A DNA stretch of 64,000 nt from Leptospira sp. (GCA_034439575.1 JAWXAQ010000015.1:128001-192000), one strand, 5' to 3'; shown: positions 1 through 10,062, counted from the first letter of the stretch. Made by a program: numbers and translations. Notes: generated from the letters alone by a model not told the origin.

Positions 1-132
1 AAAAGATTTCATAACAATTTCAAAGATCCTGCAAAATTAAAGGGAACTGAAGAAGAGATCAAAAAAGCGTTCGCTACCGCAAGAGAAGAAATCAGAATCT
101 ATAGCCAAGAATTCGTAGAAAAAAATTTATAG
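1..132 (+). CDS. arsC: Arsenate reductase, LMW-PTPase (thioredoxin-coupled) family, 3' end only
   Basis: Frame 1 reads KRFHNNFKDPAKLKGTEEEIKKAFATAREEIRIYSQEFVEKNL*, with the C-terminal F-x-DP motif of LMW-PTPase ArsC. It lies upstream of acr3. Confidence 0.75.
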   Translation, partial: KRFHNNFKDPAKLKGTEEEIKKAFATAREEIRIYSQEFVEKNL

Positions 133-141
133 GAAAAAATT

Positions 142-687
142 ATGAAATTAACATGGAAAACATTTTTACAAATTATCAACATACATCCAGAATTGAATTT
201 AAGATTTGAATATGGTGACAAAATTCTTATCGCTTCTGATTATCACATAACAGAATTTAAATTAGCAAATATCCAATCTATAGACTGCGGAGGCAATATT
301 GACTCATGGTCGGAAATGATTTTGCAAGTGTTGGAACCAGGCGTCAACTTTGAAAAGGAAGCGATGGAAATTCAAAAACTGTTATCCATAATAGATAAAG
401 TAAATAGTAAAATGGATATACCGAATGATTGTTTATTACGAATCGAATTTGGCAATAAGGACATCCCTATGAGTCAATATTTTGTCAATTCCATAGGAAT
501 TACAAATTCATCATTAATCGTTCATCTGGAAGAAGGCGCACCTGAATGCAAAGCGGCGGAATCTTGTGGACTTCCCAATGAGAAAGCAAGCAAAGACAAT
601 TCCAAAAGTGCTTGCGGTTGTGGGCCAAGCATTTCAATGAAAACACCGACGACAGAAATTTCCAAAAAATCATCGGGTTGTTGTTAG
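142..687 (+). CDS. DUF6428-like ars-operon protein with Cys-rich C-terminal tail
   Basis: YHITEFK...IDCGG..DSW motif typical of a protein found in ars operons. The tail carries C..CG, CGCG and a terminal GCC. The stop codon abuts the acr3 start. Confidence 0.7.
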   Translation: MKLTWKTFLQIINIHPELNLRFEYGDKILIASDYHITEFKLANIQSIDCGGNIDSWSEMILQVLEPGVNFEKEAMEIQKLLSIIDKVNSKMDIPNDCLLRIEFGNKDIPMSQYFVNSIGITNSSLIVHLEEGAPECKAAESCGLPNEKASKDNSKSACGCGPSISMKTPTTEISKKSSGCC

Positions 688-1722
688 ATGAAAAAACTAT
701 CTTTCATTGATCGATATCTGACTCTTTGGATTTTTTTAGCAATGGCTATTGGAATTTTAATCGGGAATTATTTTCCTGAGGCAGTCAAAAGTTTTTCTAG
801 TCTTTCCAAAGGAACAACTAACATACCGCTTGCGATTGGCCTAATACTAATGATGTATCCGCCTCTCGCAAAGGTTAAGTATGAAAATCTGGGAAATGTA
901 TTTTCAAATAAAAAAATTCTTTCTATTTCTCTCATACTGAATTGGGTGATCGGACCAATTCTTATGTTTTTTTTGGCGATTATTTTTTTACCACTCAAAC
1001 AAGAGTATATGGTTGGTTTAATTCTTATCGGCATTGCCAGATGCATTGCAATGGTAATCGTATGGAATGAGTTAGCTTCCGGTGATAGAGAATATGCCGC
1101 AGGACTTGTAGCCTTGAACAGTTTGTTTCAAGTTTTTTTTTATAGCTTTTATGCCTATATTTTTATCACATATTTACCGCCATTATTTGGCATCCAAAGT
1201 ATCGCCATTGATATTGGAATTAAAGATATCGCAGAAACTGTCGGAATTTATCTTGGGATTCCCTTCTTGCTTGGATTTCTTTCCCGTTATTTTATCATAC
1301 GTTTTTATTCCGAAAAATTTTATACAGAGTCGTTTTTAAAATACATTTCACCTATCACACTTATTTCACTTTTGTTTACAATTATTGTTATGTTTAGTTT
1401 AAAAGGTGATTTGATTGTGAACCTAACGGGTGATGTGTTTTTAGTCGCGATTCCATTATTGATTTACTTTGTCATAATGTTCTTTATTAGTATATTTATA
1501 GGAATCAAATTGGGTGTTGATTACTCAAAAAATGCATCCATTGCGTTTACGGCTACCGGTAATAATTTCGAGTTAGCGATTGCAGTGGCAATCGGAGTAT
1601 TCGGAATCAATAGTGGTGCCGCTTTCGTAGGAATGATTGGACCGCTTGTGGAAGTGCCCGCTTTGATATTACTTGTAAATGTAAGCCTCTGGGTGAAAAA
1701 AAAGTTTTATCTAAAAAATTGA
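688..1722 (+). CDS. acr3: ACR3-family arsenite efflux transporter
   Basis: [33 protein letters not shown] and [11 protein letters not shown] signatures; about 10 TM segments. Confidence 0.95.
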   Translation: MKKLSFIDRYLTLWIFLAMAIGILIGNYFPEAVKSFSSLSKGTTNIPLAIGLILMMYPPLAKVKYENLGNVFSNKKILSISLILNWVIGPILMFFLAIIFLPLKQEYMVGLILIGIARCIAMVIVWNELASGDREYAAGLVALNSLFQVFFYSFYAYIFITYLPPLFGIQSIAIDIGIKDIAETVGIYLGIPFLLGFLSRYFIIRFYSEKFYTESFLKYISPITLISLLFTIIVMFSLKGDLIVNLTGDVFLVAIPLLIYFVIMFFISIFIGIKLGVDYSKNASIAFTATGNNFELAIAVAIGVFGINSGAAFVGMIGPLVEVPALILLVNVSLWVKKKFYLKN

Positions 1723-1764
1723 TTCGCTGATATAAATTTTCTTTTCATATGTTAATTTAAATAT

Positions 1765-3534
1765 ATGAAAAGAGATTTTTTATTTAGAATTATTATCTGT
1801 CTTTTGTTTTTTTTAAGTACAAACTGTTCGAAATTACATTTAAATAACCCGCAAGATCCATTTACAATAAATCCACTTTTAAATTTATTATTAAACGGAG
1901 CAGGTTCACTCTTTGGGGCAGGAGCCGCGACGCAAGAAATTGTTACACCGCCCTTGATTTCGAATGCGATAAATTTATCCACACTATCTTCTGGTTTTTT
2001 AATCGGAACTGCGACAACGGAGGTGAAGCAAGTAGAGGTATCTATTGATAACGGTAGCTATGTGGCCGCATCCGGTTCTTCGAATTGGAAATTTGCCATT
2101 CCAAGTGGATCCATTACATGGACAAATGGTTCGTATCATACCCTTAAAGTTCGTGGCAAAAATCAAATTGGAGATGTTTCTAGCGATACAACGATACGAA
2201 TTAAAAAAGGTAGAAATAAAGATATAAATGGTGATGGGTATCCAGATTTGGTAATCGGTGCAAAAGGTTTGAGCAAGGTTTATATATTTTATGGAAGTAA
2301 AAATGGGATCTCATCTAAGAGCTCAGCCGATGCAGATTTGATTTTGAATGGAGTCACTGTTAGTGATAACTTTGGATCTAGTATTTCACTTGGTGATATC
2401 AATTCTGATGGATTTGCAGATATTTGTGTTGGAGCCTTTATGTTTTCTTCGGGAACTGGACAAATTTATATATTTTATGGGAACTCTTCTGGAATTTCAA
2501 TTCTAACAGCAAGCACAGCAGCGACTAAAATAACAGGCGTTTCAGCTACAGATAATGCTGGTAATGTTGCCGTCGGCGATATCAATAGAGATGGATATGA
2601 TGATTTGGCTGTAGGTGCAGTTGGCGTTGCTTCGTCAACTGGTGCAGTCTACTTATTTCATGGTTCAAGTAACGGAATCTTAACGGGCCTGACTACGTCT
2701 GCGATCACAACCCTTACCGGATTTGCCTTGAGTGATTCTTTTGGCACTTCTATCACTATTTCGGATATTAATGGTGATGGATTTGCTGAAGTGATTGTCG
2801 GTGCTTTTTCTGCCAACTCAAACACCGGTGGTGTTTATGTATTCAATGGTTCTTCCTCCGGTATAACTTCTGCTAATTCTAGCTTAGCAAATTCAATTAT
2901 TTTGGGAACGGCAAGTGTCGGACAAGTGGGAGGAAGCCTTAGTGCAAATGATGTTAATGGTGACGGTAAAAACGATTTTCTCATTGGCGGAATTGGTGTT
3001 AATGGAGGACTAGGTTCTAACCAAGGTCAGGCGTTTTTGTTTTATGGACAATCCAACAATTTTGGAAGCATAACAACTTCCTCAGCTTCTTCCACTTTTT
3101 CCGGTGCAGCTGCTAATGATGCGTTTGGTACGGTTGGCATGGATGATTTAAATTGTGACGGTTATGCGGATATTTTTATCGGAGCCAGGGGAAGAAATTC
3201 CAACATAGGACAAAGTTATGTATTTCTTTCCCAAGGTACATCAGGCGTCTCAACAGCATTAGCTTCCTCAGCTAACTTCACTCAGACGGGAATTGTCACT
3301 GGAGACTTGCTTGGGTATGTAACAGGGACCGACATCAATGGCGATGGATATGCAGATTTAATTGTAGGTTCACCAAATCGAGATGCAGGCCAAGGTTCAT
3401 TCAACCAAGGTGAAGTTTATATATTTAAAGGGCGAGCGAGCGGATCCATTAGTGCGAGTGCCAGTGGTGCTGACACTATATTAACAGGCGTTATTGGTGG
3501 GAATAACCATTTTGGACAAGCATTGCCAAATTGA
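1765..3534 (+). CDS. FG-GAP/integrin-alpha beta-propeller lipoprotein with Ig-like N-terminal domain
   Basis: Signal peptide with lipobox-like STNC, a VEVSIDNG..W..G.HTLKVR Ig-like segment, and seven D-x-N-x-DG repeats. Confidence 0.85.
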   Translation: MKRDFLFRIIICLLFFLSTNCSKLHLNNPQDPFTINPLLNLLLNGAGSLFGAGAATQEIVTPPLISNAINLSTLSSGFLIGTATTEVKQVEVSIDNGSYVAASGSSNWKFAIPSGSITWTNGSYHTLKVRGKNQIGDVSSDTTIRIKKGRNKDINGDGYPDLVIGAKGLSKVYIFYGSKNGISSKSSADADLILNGVTVSDNFGSSISLGDINSDGFADICVGAFMFSSGTGQIYIFYGNSSGISILTASTAATKITGVSATDNAGNVAVGDINRDGYDDLAVGAVGVASSTGAVYLFHGSSNGILTGLTTSAITTLTGFALSDSFGTSITISDINGDGFAEVIVGAFSANSNTGGVYVFNGSSSGITSANSSLANSIILGTASVGQVGGSLSANDVNGDGKNDFLIGGIGVNGGLGSNQGQAFLFYGQSNNFGSITTSSASSTFSGAAANDAFGTVGMDDLNCDGYADIFIGARGRNSNIGQSYVFLSQGTSGVSTALASSANFTQTGIVTGDLLGYVTGTDINGDGYADLIVGSPNRDAGQGSFNQGEVYIFKGRASGSISASASGADTILTGVIGGNNHFGQALPN

Positions 3535-3552
3535 CATCTGCTTTCAATAAAC

Positions 3553-4230
3553 TTAATTTAACACTGTCTTCGCTTTTTTTCCTTCTGGTTTTGGAAATTT
3601 ATATTCTTTGTTGGATAAATTTGCTATTTCCAACATACAATCGTGAAGGAAAATTTCGGGATCATCACTTTTAGCAAAAAATTTAGGGTTTCCGAAACGA
3701 ATGAAAATTTTTGTTCGGGGAAATCCTTTTTTATATTCCAAACCTACACAAATGATTTGGAGAGGTTCTGCAGGTTTCCCAACAATAAACCGAAAGCCTG
3801 GTGACTTTCCTTTACCCATACGTGTCATGTGACGGGATTGTTCGGGGAAAATGACGAGTAAGTTTCCATCATATAAAGTTTTCCTAGCGAATAACAATTG
3901 TTCTTTGCTCTTTTCAGGATTTTTTCTATCAACGGGAATTCCACCGATCTTCAAGAAAAAACCAAAAAAATAAGGTTTCACTAAATTATCTTTAATGATG
4001 CACCAAGCATCATCTCTATGAAACGTATCAATCATGGAAGGCAATCCCGCGACGATATCATGGTTACTGCAATGTTTTGAAAGTATCAACAAAGGACCTT
4101 TAGGTTCTAATGGACCTAAAGTTTGAATTACAATTTTAAATCTTAAGGCATAGATGTATTTTCCAATCAGATAAAGAATCTTTGAAGTTAACTTTGATTT
4201 ACCTGGATGAGAATTGGAATTTGATTTCAT
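3553..4230 (-). CDS. Lysophospholipid acyltransferase (PlsC family)
   Basis: HxxxxD motif (KHCSNHD), GGIPVDR, and FPEQSR (variant of FPEGTR). Confidence 0.85.
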   Translation of the reverse strand: MKSNSNSHPGKSKLTSKILYLIGKYIYALRFKIVIQTLGPLEPKGPLLILSKHCSNHDIVAGLPSMIDTFHRDDAWCIIKDNLVKPYFFGFFLKIGGIPVDRKNPEKSKEQLLFARKTLYDGNLLVIFPEQSRHMTRMGKGKSPGFRFIVGKPAEPLQIICVGLEYKKGFPRTKIFIRFGNPKFFAKSDDPEIFLHDCMLEIANLSNKEYKFPKPEGKKAKTVLN

Positions 4231-4317
4231 ACTAATTCACATATTTAAGAATCCCTTTCCTTATACTAGCGAGATTTCAAAATTATAATAATCATTGAGA
4301 ATTAAATAATGATTTTA

Positions 4318-5907
4318 CTATTCTAATGAAAGAGAAACAGAAAATTCCGTGAACTCACCATCCCTTTTGTAATAAATTTCGCCTCCATAGGATTCTATTA
4401 TTTTTTTAGAAATAAAAAGTCCTAAGCCTGTTCCTTCACCTTCGGTTTTCGTAGTAACAAACGGATTAAATAATTTTGTTTTAATTTCTTCATTGATACC
4501 TTTTCCGTTATCAATAATTCGAATCAGTGCCTTGTTTTGTTCTGAAGTTAATTTTATTTTGATGCGTCCCGTTTCATTATCTGTAGCTTGGATTGCATTA
4601 AGTATTAAATGAGACCATACATGCATAATATTTTGCTCATTTGCTAAAATAAATATAGAATCATCCAATTCTAAATTGATTTCCCTGCCAGAATTTATAA
4701 AATTAGAATATAATAATACAATATTTCGAATCGTATTCGATAGTTGAATTTTTGAAAAATCATCTTTATTCAAAGAACGAGAAAAATGTCGAAATGTGGT
4801 TATTATTTTCTGTGAACGATCAATGGAATTTTCGATCAGTATATTGTTTTTTTCTAATATACTCGCCTTTAAAAAAACATAAAATGCGAGTATCATATCT
4901 TCATTCTTGAAACGAATCTCTTTTAAACTAGAAATATCAATACCAAGGTCTATGGAATTTTCTACTAAGTAATATCTAACCTTTGGTTCAACCCAAGAAA
5001 AATATTTTTGAAGCTCTAATTTGTCGGCCAATTTTTCTTTTCTAGTTCTATATATATATTTTAAATTAGATTTTAGAAATTCAATTTTATTGTTTTTCTC
5101 AACATCAAAGTATTTAACAAATTCATTCTCTTCATCAAAAATATAATTAACGGTTCCCTTAATGCCTGCTAAGGGATTATTAATTTCGTGAGCTAAACTT
5201 AATGCAATGATTCCAATTACATTTGATCTTTCTTGGCTCACCAAAGAATTTTCACGGGATTGAATTTCAGCTAATAGCTGTTCATTATTTGAATCCAATA
5301 CATATAATAAAAATTGAATCAGCTTATAGTAACATATAACAATTGAGATAAGTAAGAATACTTTCATTACTTCTAATGGTAAATAAATAATATTTGGTCC
5401 AAGAATCGAAAAATCGAGATTATTCAAATGATTAGCACCTAACATTCCCGAAAGAATAATAGCCCCAATATAAACTAAGACTGTTATGATTCCAATGCAT
5501 AACAAATAAGTTAAATCGAGTAAAAAACCACTACAAAGCAAATAAAAAAAGAATATGATGAGATAAATCGAATTGATAATAGGAACCGCTGTTAGTGAAG
5601 GGCTATTTTTATAAATGGTAAAATAGAAAGCTGAAAACAAGATTAAAAAATCGATAGACAATAGAACCTTATACGACCAAAAATGAATCCCTTTTTTACT
5701 TCGATAAAAAAATGACATTATAATCGAAGTTACAGAATAATAAACTGCAATTACGAATGGTGGATAAAATATTGGTTTTCCATAATTAGCTATGGAAGCA
5801 TAGATTGCGGCTATATTGATTATCAACCGAACTACAAATAATATGTTAAGTCCTTTATATCTTACTTGGCCTGCATATTCTTTTAAAAACTCGATCGTAG
5901 TGTTCAT
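4318..5907 (-). CDS. Membrane-bound sensor histidine kinase (orphan)
   Basis: About 6 N-terminal TMs, H-box AHEINNPL, N-box LILNAIQA, G1 DNGKGI, G2 GTGLGL. The start could instead be the TTG at 5922. Confidence 0.9.
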   Translation of the reverse strand: MNTTIEFLKEYAGQVRYKGLNILFVVRLIINIAAIYASIANYGKPIFYPPFVIAVYYSVTSIIMSFFYRSKKGIHFWSYKVLLSIDFLILFSAFYFTIYKNSPSLTAVPIINSIYLIIFFFYLLCSGFLLDLTYLLCIGIITVLVYIGAIILSGMLGANHLNNLDFSILGPNIIYLPLEVMKVFLLISIVICYYKLIQFLLYVLDSNNEQLLAEIQSRENSLVSQERSNVIGIIALSLAHEINNPLAGIKGTVNYIFDEENEFVKYFDVEKNNKIEFLKSNLKYIYRTRKEKLADKLELQKYFSWVEPKVRYYLVENSIDLGIDISSLKEIRFKNEDMILAFYVFLKASILEKNNILIENSIDRSQKIITTFRHFSRSLNKDDFSKIQLSNTIRNIVLLYSNFINSGREINLELDDSIFILANEQNIMHVWSHLILNAIQATDNETGRIKIKLTSEQNKALIRIIDNGKGINEEIKTKLFNPFVTTKTEGEGTGLGLFISKKIIESYGGEIYYKRDGEFTEFSVSLSLE

Positions 5908-6022
5908 AATGAATTGGATCAATACACTTTTTGATTCTGGTTTATAATCAATTCTAAAAATTAAATTCGAATTGATAATCTATCTTCGTTTTGATTCAAA
6001 ATACTTATTCTTCGCAAAAGGC

Positions 6023-6055
6023 AAAAAAAAACCCCGACAAATGCCGAGGTTTTTT
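6023..6055 (-). terminator. Rho-independent terminator downstream of the acyl-CoA dehydrogenase
   Basis: Minus strand ACCTCGGCA-TT-TGTCGGGGT hairpin followed by a long T run, with A/T tracts on both sides. Confidence 0.8.
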
Positions 6056-6078
6056 AAATTCAAGATAAGCCTTAGATT

Positions 6079-7245
6079 CTAATCTTTTTTAGAAGCGGCT
6101 TCTTTAATCACATAGGCTGCGATTTCATTTTTTTGAATTTGAGTCGTTCCTTCAAAAATTGTCAAAATCTTAGCATCTCTCATGAGTTTCTCAACAGGAT
6201 ACTCTTTCGTATATCCGTATCCACCAAAAATCTGAACAGCATCAGTAGCATTTTGAACCGCAATTTCCGACGCATAAGCTTTTGCTATTGCAGAATATTT
6301 CGGAAGGTTAGGATCATTAGCATCCGATAGGCGAGCTGCTTTGTAAGTAATTTCTCTTGCAGTTTCAACTTTGATCGACATATCAGCTAACATGTGTTGA
6401 ACTGCTTGGAAAGTTCCAATTTTTACACCAAACTGTTCTCTCTCACGCGCGTAACGAGCTGCATGATCAAGTGCTGCTTGTGCTACACCAACACCCATAA
6501 CAGCAACGAATGGACGTGAAGCATTTAATGTTTGCAATGCGTAAACGAAACCGAGATTTTCTTTTCCGACTAACGCGTCTTCACCAACTTCGCAATCTTC
6601 AAAAATTACTTGGTGAGTAGACGAAGCACGAATACCAAGTTTATCTTCTTTTTTCCCGACAGTTAATCCTTTCGCAGAACGAGGAACATAAAAACAAGAT
6701 ACTCCGCGTGTTCCACGATTTTTGTCAGTATAAGCAAACACGGTAAAGGCTTGGGCATCACCAGCACCAGTGATCCACTGTTTTGCGCCGTTGATGATCC
6801 ACTTATCACCTTTTTTCTCAGCACGAGTTGTCATACCAGGCACATCAGAACCAGCACCTGGCTCAGATAAACAAAAAGACACACCAAATTTTCCATCAGC
6901 AACTGGAGGTAACCACTTTAACTTTTGTTCGTGGGTAGCACCTTTTAGTATGGGAAGGATACCAAGACCTGTATAAGCAAAGCCAAGGGCAATACCAAGA
7001 CAGCCACGCGACAATTCTTCGATCGCCAAACACTGCTCAATCGCTCCAAGTCCCCATCCACCGTATTCTTCTGGGATCACTAGGCCATTGATACCTAGTT
7101 CTGCCCGCATTTTATTGATAAGTTCAGTCGGATGTTGGTTTTTTTCGTCCCAATGCAGTGCTACTTCATGCGGGATTTCTTTTTTTACAAAATTACGGAC
7201 TAAATCTCTGATTTCAAGCTGTTGCTCTGTGAATTGGCTGTACAT
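6079..7245 (-). CDS. Acyl-CoA dehydrogenase
   Basis: FCLSEPGAGSD, NGAKQWIT, REQFG, QIFGGYGY and IFEGTTQIQ motifs. Confidence 0.95.
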   Translation of the reverse strand: MYSQFTEQQLEIRDLVRNFVKKEIPHEVALHWDEKNQHPTELINKMRAELGINGLVIPEEYGGWGLGAIEQCLAIEELSRGCLGIALGFAYTGLGILPILKGATHEQKLKWLPPVADGKFGVSFCLSEPGAGSDVPGMTTRAEKKGDKWIINGAKQWITGAGDAQAFTVFAYTDKNRGTRGVSCFYVPRSAKGLTVGKKEDKLGIRASSTHQVIFEDCEVGEDALVGKENLGFVYALQTLNASRPFVAVMGVGVAQAALDHAARYAREREQFGVKIGTFQAVQHMLADMSIKVETAREITYKAARLSDANDPNLPKYSAIAKAYASEIAVQNATDAVQIFGGYGYTKEYPVEKLMRDAKILTIFEGTTQIQKNEIAAYVIKEAASKKD

Positions 7246-7363
7246 TCCGGGAGGTTCCTTCTAAGAATGGGATATTTACTACCTTTTTTCGTACATTGCA
7301 TTTGGTGCCAAGGGTTTTTCTGTCTTTACAAAATGCGCAAAATACACTAGCGTACTCACCTGT

Positions 7364-8371
7364 ATGCCAACGTTTCGAATTCAACTCAAATCTTTCAAAA
7401 TCCCTTCCACTTATCTATTTCTAGCGGTCTTTTTAACTGGAATCGCCTGTAGTGGACGACCCAATTATGAACCAAAGCCTGTCCCGACTTATGCAAATTT
7501 TGATGCCTTTTATCAAGCGAAATTGGCAGAAAGCAAAGCAAAAGGCCACAGACCGGGCAATGAAGAGCGTTATATCGGCTTTGGTAAAAAAACCCCACTT
7601 GCCTTTCTTTACATTCACGGATTCGGTGCCTCTCGCGCAGAGGGAGAAGCAGTCATGGAAGTATTGGCCAAAAAATTTAAGGCAAATACTTACTTGGTAA
7701 GACTTCCAGGCCATGGAACAAATAAAGAAGACCAAGCCGCACAAAATTTTTCTGACTACTTGGATGCTTCCAGAGAAGCTTTAGAAATGATGCAAGGCCA
7801 AGGAGACCGAGTAGTATTATTTGGTTCTTCCCTTGGTGGACTTCTCATCACTTGGCTTGCTTCCGAATATCCGGACAAAGTAGCTGGTGTCGTTTTAGCG
7901 AATCCCTTTTATGGTCCCGTTGACAAAAGTTTGAATATTCTCAATTATCCAGGCGGTCTCACCTTCATTCACCTTCTGAAAGGAAAAGTAAGAAACACGA
8001 CCAAACAAAGTGACCCACGAGTTTTGCCTGGGCGAAACGATTATTGGTATCCTGAACAATATTTTTCTTCCCTTGTTGGTGTGAATGACCTAAGAAATTT
8101 TGCCTCTCATCCAGATGTTTTCAAAAAAGTAAAAGTTCCGGCTCTACTTCTCTATTATTATAAAAGCGAAACAGAACAAGATCCCACAGCCAGCGTTCCT
8201 TTGATGCTTTCCGCCTATGGCGCATTTGGTGATACAATGCCTAATTCAAAAAACAAATTAGTAAAAGTTGAGAATGGTATGCATGTACTTATGTCAAAAT
8301 GGATCGTAACCGACAAAGCATTGATAGAAAAGGAAACCGAAGGTTGGCTTAAAGAGGTTTCTAAAAAATAA
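7364..8371 (+). CDS. Alpha/beta hydrolase (esterase/lipase), probable lipoprotein
   Basis: Lipobox-like GIAC, HGF oxyanion motif, GSSLG nucleophile elbow, and Asp/His candidates (QDPT, GMHV). Confidence 0.85.
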   Translation: MPTFRIQLKSFKIPSTYLFLAVFLTGIACSGRPNYEPKPVPTYANFDAFYQAKLAESKAKGHRPGNEERYIGFGKKTPLAFLYIHGFGASRAEGEAVMEVLAKKFKANTYLVRLPGHGTNKEDQAAQNFSDYLDASREALEMMQGQGDRVVLFGSSLGGLLITWLASEYPDKVAGVVLANPFYGPVDKSLNILNYPGGLTFIHLLKGKVRNTTKQSDPRVLPGRNDYWYPEQYFSSLVGVNDLRNFASHPDVFKKVKVPALLLYYYKSETEQDPTASVPLMLSAYGAFGDTMPNSKNKLVKVENGMHVLMSKWIVTDKALIEKETEGWLKEVSKK

Positions 8372-8374
8372 TTT

Positions 8375-9079
8375 ATGTTGGATCAAAACCGCATCGCTCT
8401 TGTAACAGGCGCTAATCGTGGAATCGGAAAACAGATCGCTATGGATCTTGCCGCGATTGGTGTATTTGTCATCGTTGGTTCAAGAAACGAAGAAGAAGGT
8501 GAGATTACAAAAGACTTAATTTTAAAAAAAGGCGGGAGAGCAGAACTTTTTCCCGTTGATGTTTCAAAAGAAAAATCATTAACAGCTCTCTCTGATTATG
8601 TAGAAGGAAGTTTTGGGAGATTAGATATTCTTATTAACAATGCTGGGATATTTTTAGATACTGGTGAGTTTGTAAATACGTCAATGGAAGAATTAACTTC
8701 CACCTTACAAACAAATGTAGCAGGCCCTCTTCGTCTGATTCAATTATTTCTCCCCCATATGATTCAAAACAATTATGGTCGTATCGTCAATGTTAGCTCA
8801 GGCATGGGCCAATTATCCGATATGGGCACAGGATATCCAGCTTATAGAATTTCTAAAACGGCGATCAATGCGATCACAAAAATCGCAAGTGCGGAAACAT
8901 CAGGAAAAAATATAAAAGTAAATTCTGTTTGTCCCGGTTGGGTAAAAACGGATATGGGTGGTCCCAATGCGAGTCGATCCATTGAGAAAGGGGCTGAAAC
9001 TATTGTTTGGGCCGCATTACTTCCAGACGACGGCCCTACTGGAAAATTTTTCAGAGATAAGAAGGAAATTGAGTGGTAG
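8375..9079 (+). CDS. SDR oxidoreductase (carbonyl reductase-like)
   Basis: TGANRGIG, NNAG, YRISK and CPGWVKTDMGG motifs. Confidence 0.92.
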   Translation: MLDQNRIALVTGANRGIGKQIAMDLAAIGVFVIVGSRNEEEGEITKDLILKKGGRAELFPVDVSKEKSLTALSDYVEGSFGRLDILINNAGIFLDTGEFVNTSMEELTSTLQTNVAGPLRLIQLFLPHMIQNNYGRIVNVSSGMGQLSDMGTGYPAYRISKTAINAITKIASAETSGKNIKVNSVCPGWVKTDMGGPNASRSIEKGAETIVWAALLPDDGPTGKFFRDKKEIEW

Positions 9080-9150
9080 AGATAGTTTTTATCTAATTGA
9101 AAATCATATCGAACGCCTAGTTAACGTTTGACGGATCAATGCGATAAACT

Positions 9151-9187
9151 TATCCATGCTCGTGCTCGAAAGCAAAAGGCATGGATA
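9151..9187. terminator. Hairpin between convergent genes (probable terminator)
   Basis: TATCCATGC...GCATGGATA 9-bp arms enclosing an inner TGCT-CGAA-AGCA stem. Confidence 0.6.
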
Positions 9188-9192
9188 GAATT

Positions 9193-9708
9193 TCAGACGA
9201 TTTCTACTAATAACTTATCTAGTTCCAAATAACATTCCGCCATACCATCTGCCGCTCCGGTTTCAAGCATCATCTTACAAACTTCAGCGGAACCGTATCT
9301 ACATAGATGTGTCATAAGAGTCTTATCACCTTCAGTCGTGAAAGTCCGTGACTCGAAGGTAGCACCGGGATCTTCGGGAGCATTTGGATCGAATGTCGAC
9401 ATATCCATCACATAATTCTCGCTATTGGCTAATTTTTCAGGTATGATCACCTCTTTAAATGTCCCATAAACGCCGGATTTATTTCCCTGTGAATCCATAT
9501 AAAGATACAAGTATTTGCCACCAACCTTTAGATCTTGTTCGCAAGTTTCAAGAACCATACCTTCAGGACCAATCAGCCATCGACGCATTAACTCAGGTTT
9601 GGTGTGGCAGTCGAATACCAAAGCCCTCGGGGCTGAGAAGTAGCGAGTAAAAACGACTTCTGTTTCACCTCGAATTTCCATCTTCACTTCATTTTTTTCG
9701 GTTTTCAT
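9193..9708 (-). CDS. SRPBCC (AHSA1/START-like) domain protein
   Basis: TR.F.APR.LVF...T.PEL..RW and DLKVGG.Y motifs; paired with an ArsR regulator. Confidence 0.9.
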   Translation of the reverse strand: MKTEKNEVKMEIRGETEVVFTRYFSAPRALVFDCHTKPELMRRWLIGPEGMVLETCEQDLKVGGKYLYLYMDSQGNKSGVYGTFKEVIIPEKLANSENYVMDMSTFDPNAPEDPGATFESRTFTTEGDKTLMTHLCRYGSAEVCKMMLETGAADGMAECYLELDKLLVEIV

Positions 9709-10048
9709 TTTGTTTATCTCCCTTTGATTGTATTGTTTGTAATTCTTCTAATAGTCCATCTAACACTTGGTAACGTGATTCCCACAATTGGCGGTATTTT
9801 TCCATCCATTCGATCGCAACTTTTAGAGGGGCGGTTTCCAAACGTCGCGGTCGTTCTTGGGCACGGATCGTTGTCGAAATAAGCCCGGCTTTTTCCAAAA
9901 CTCTTAGGTGCCGAGAAATAGCGGGCTGGCTCATATGAAAAGGTTTTGCGAGCTCCATAACTGTAGATTCGCCAGTGGCAAGGCGCATTAGTATTTCTCT
10001 ACGAGTGGGATCAGCGAGGGCAGCGAATGTGGAATCAAGTGTTTGCAT
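9689..10048 (-). CDS. ArsR/SmtB-family transcriptional regulator
   Basis: FAALADPTRREIL and MSQPAISRHLRVLEKAGL. Start placed at the ATG of MQTLD. Confidence 0.92.
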   Translation of the reverse strand: MQTLDSTFAALADPTRREILMRLATGESTVMELAKPFHMSQPAISRHLRVLEKAGLISTTIRAQERPRRLETAPLKVAIEWMEKYRQLWESRYQVLDGLLEELQTIQSKGDKQNENRKK

Positions 10049-10062
10049 AACCATCTTGTTAT
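10047..10062. promoter_or_regulatory. Putative ArsR autoregulatory operator
   Basis: ATAAC-catctt-GTTAT palindrome overlapping the start codon. A -35-like TTGACT lies on the minus strand at 10091-10096. Confidence 0.5.

Noticed and set aside
4290-4314. AATCATT...AATGATT inverted repeat upstream of the acyltransferase
   Set aside because: Seven-bp all-but-one A/T arms in very AT-rich DNA are expected by chance, and the spacing does not fit a Fur or PerR box.
7290-7312. Possible sigma-54 promoter (minus strand TTGGCACCAAATGCA)
   Set aside because: The GG-to-GC spacing is 8 nt rather than the required 10.
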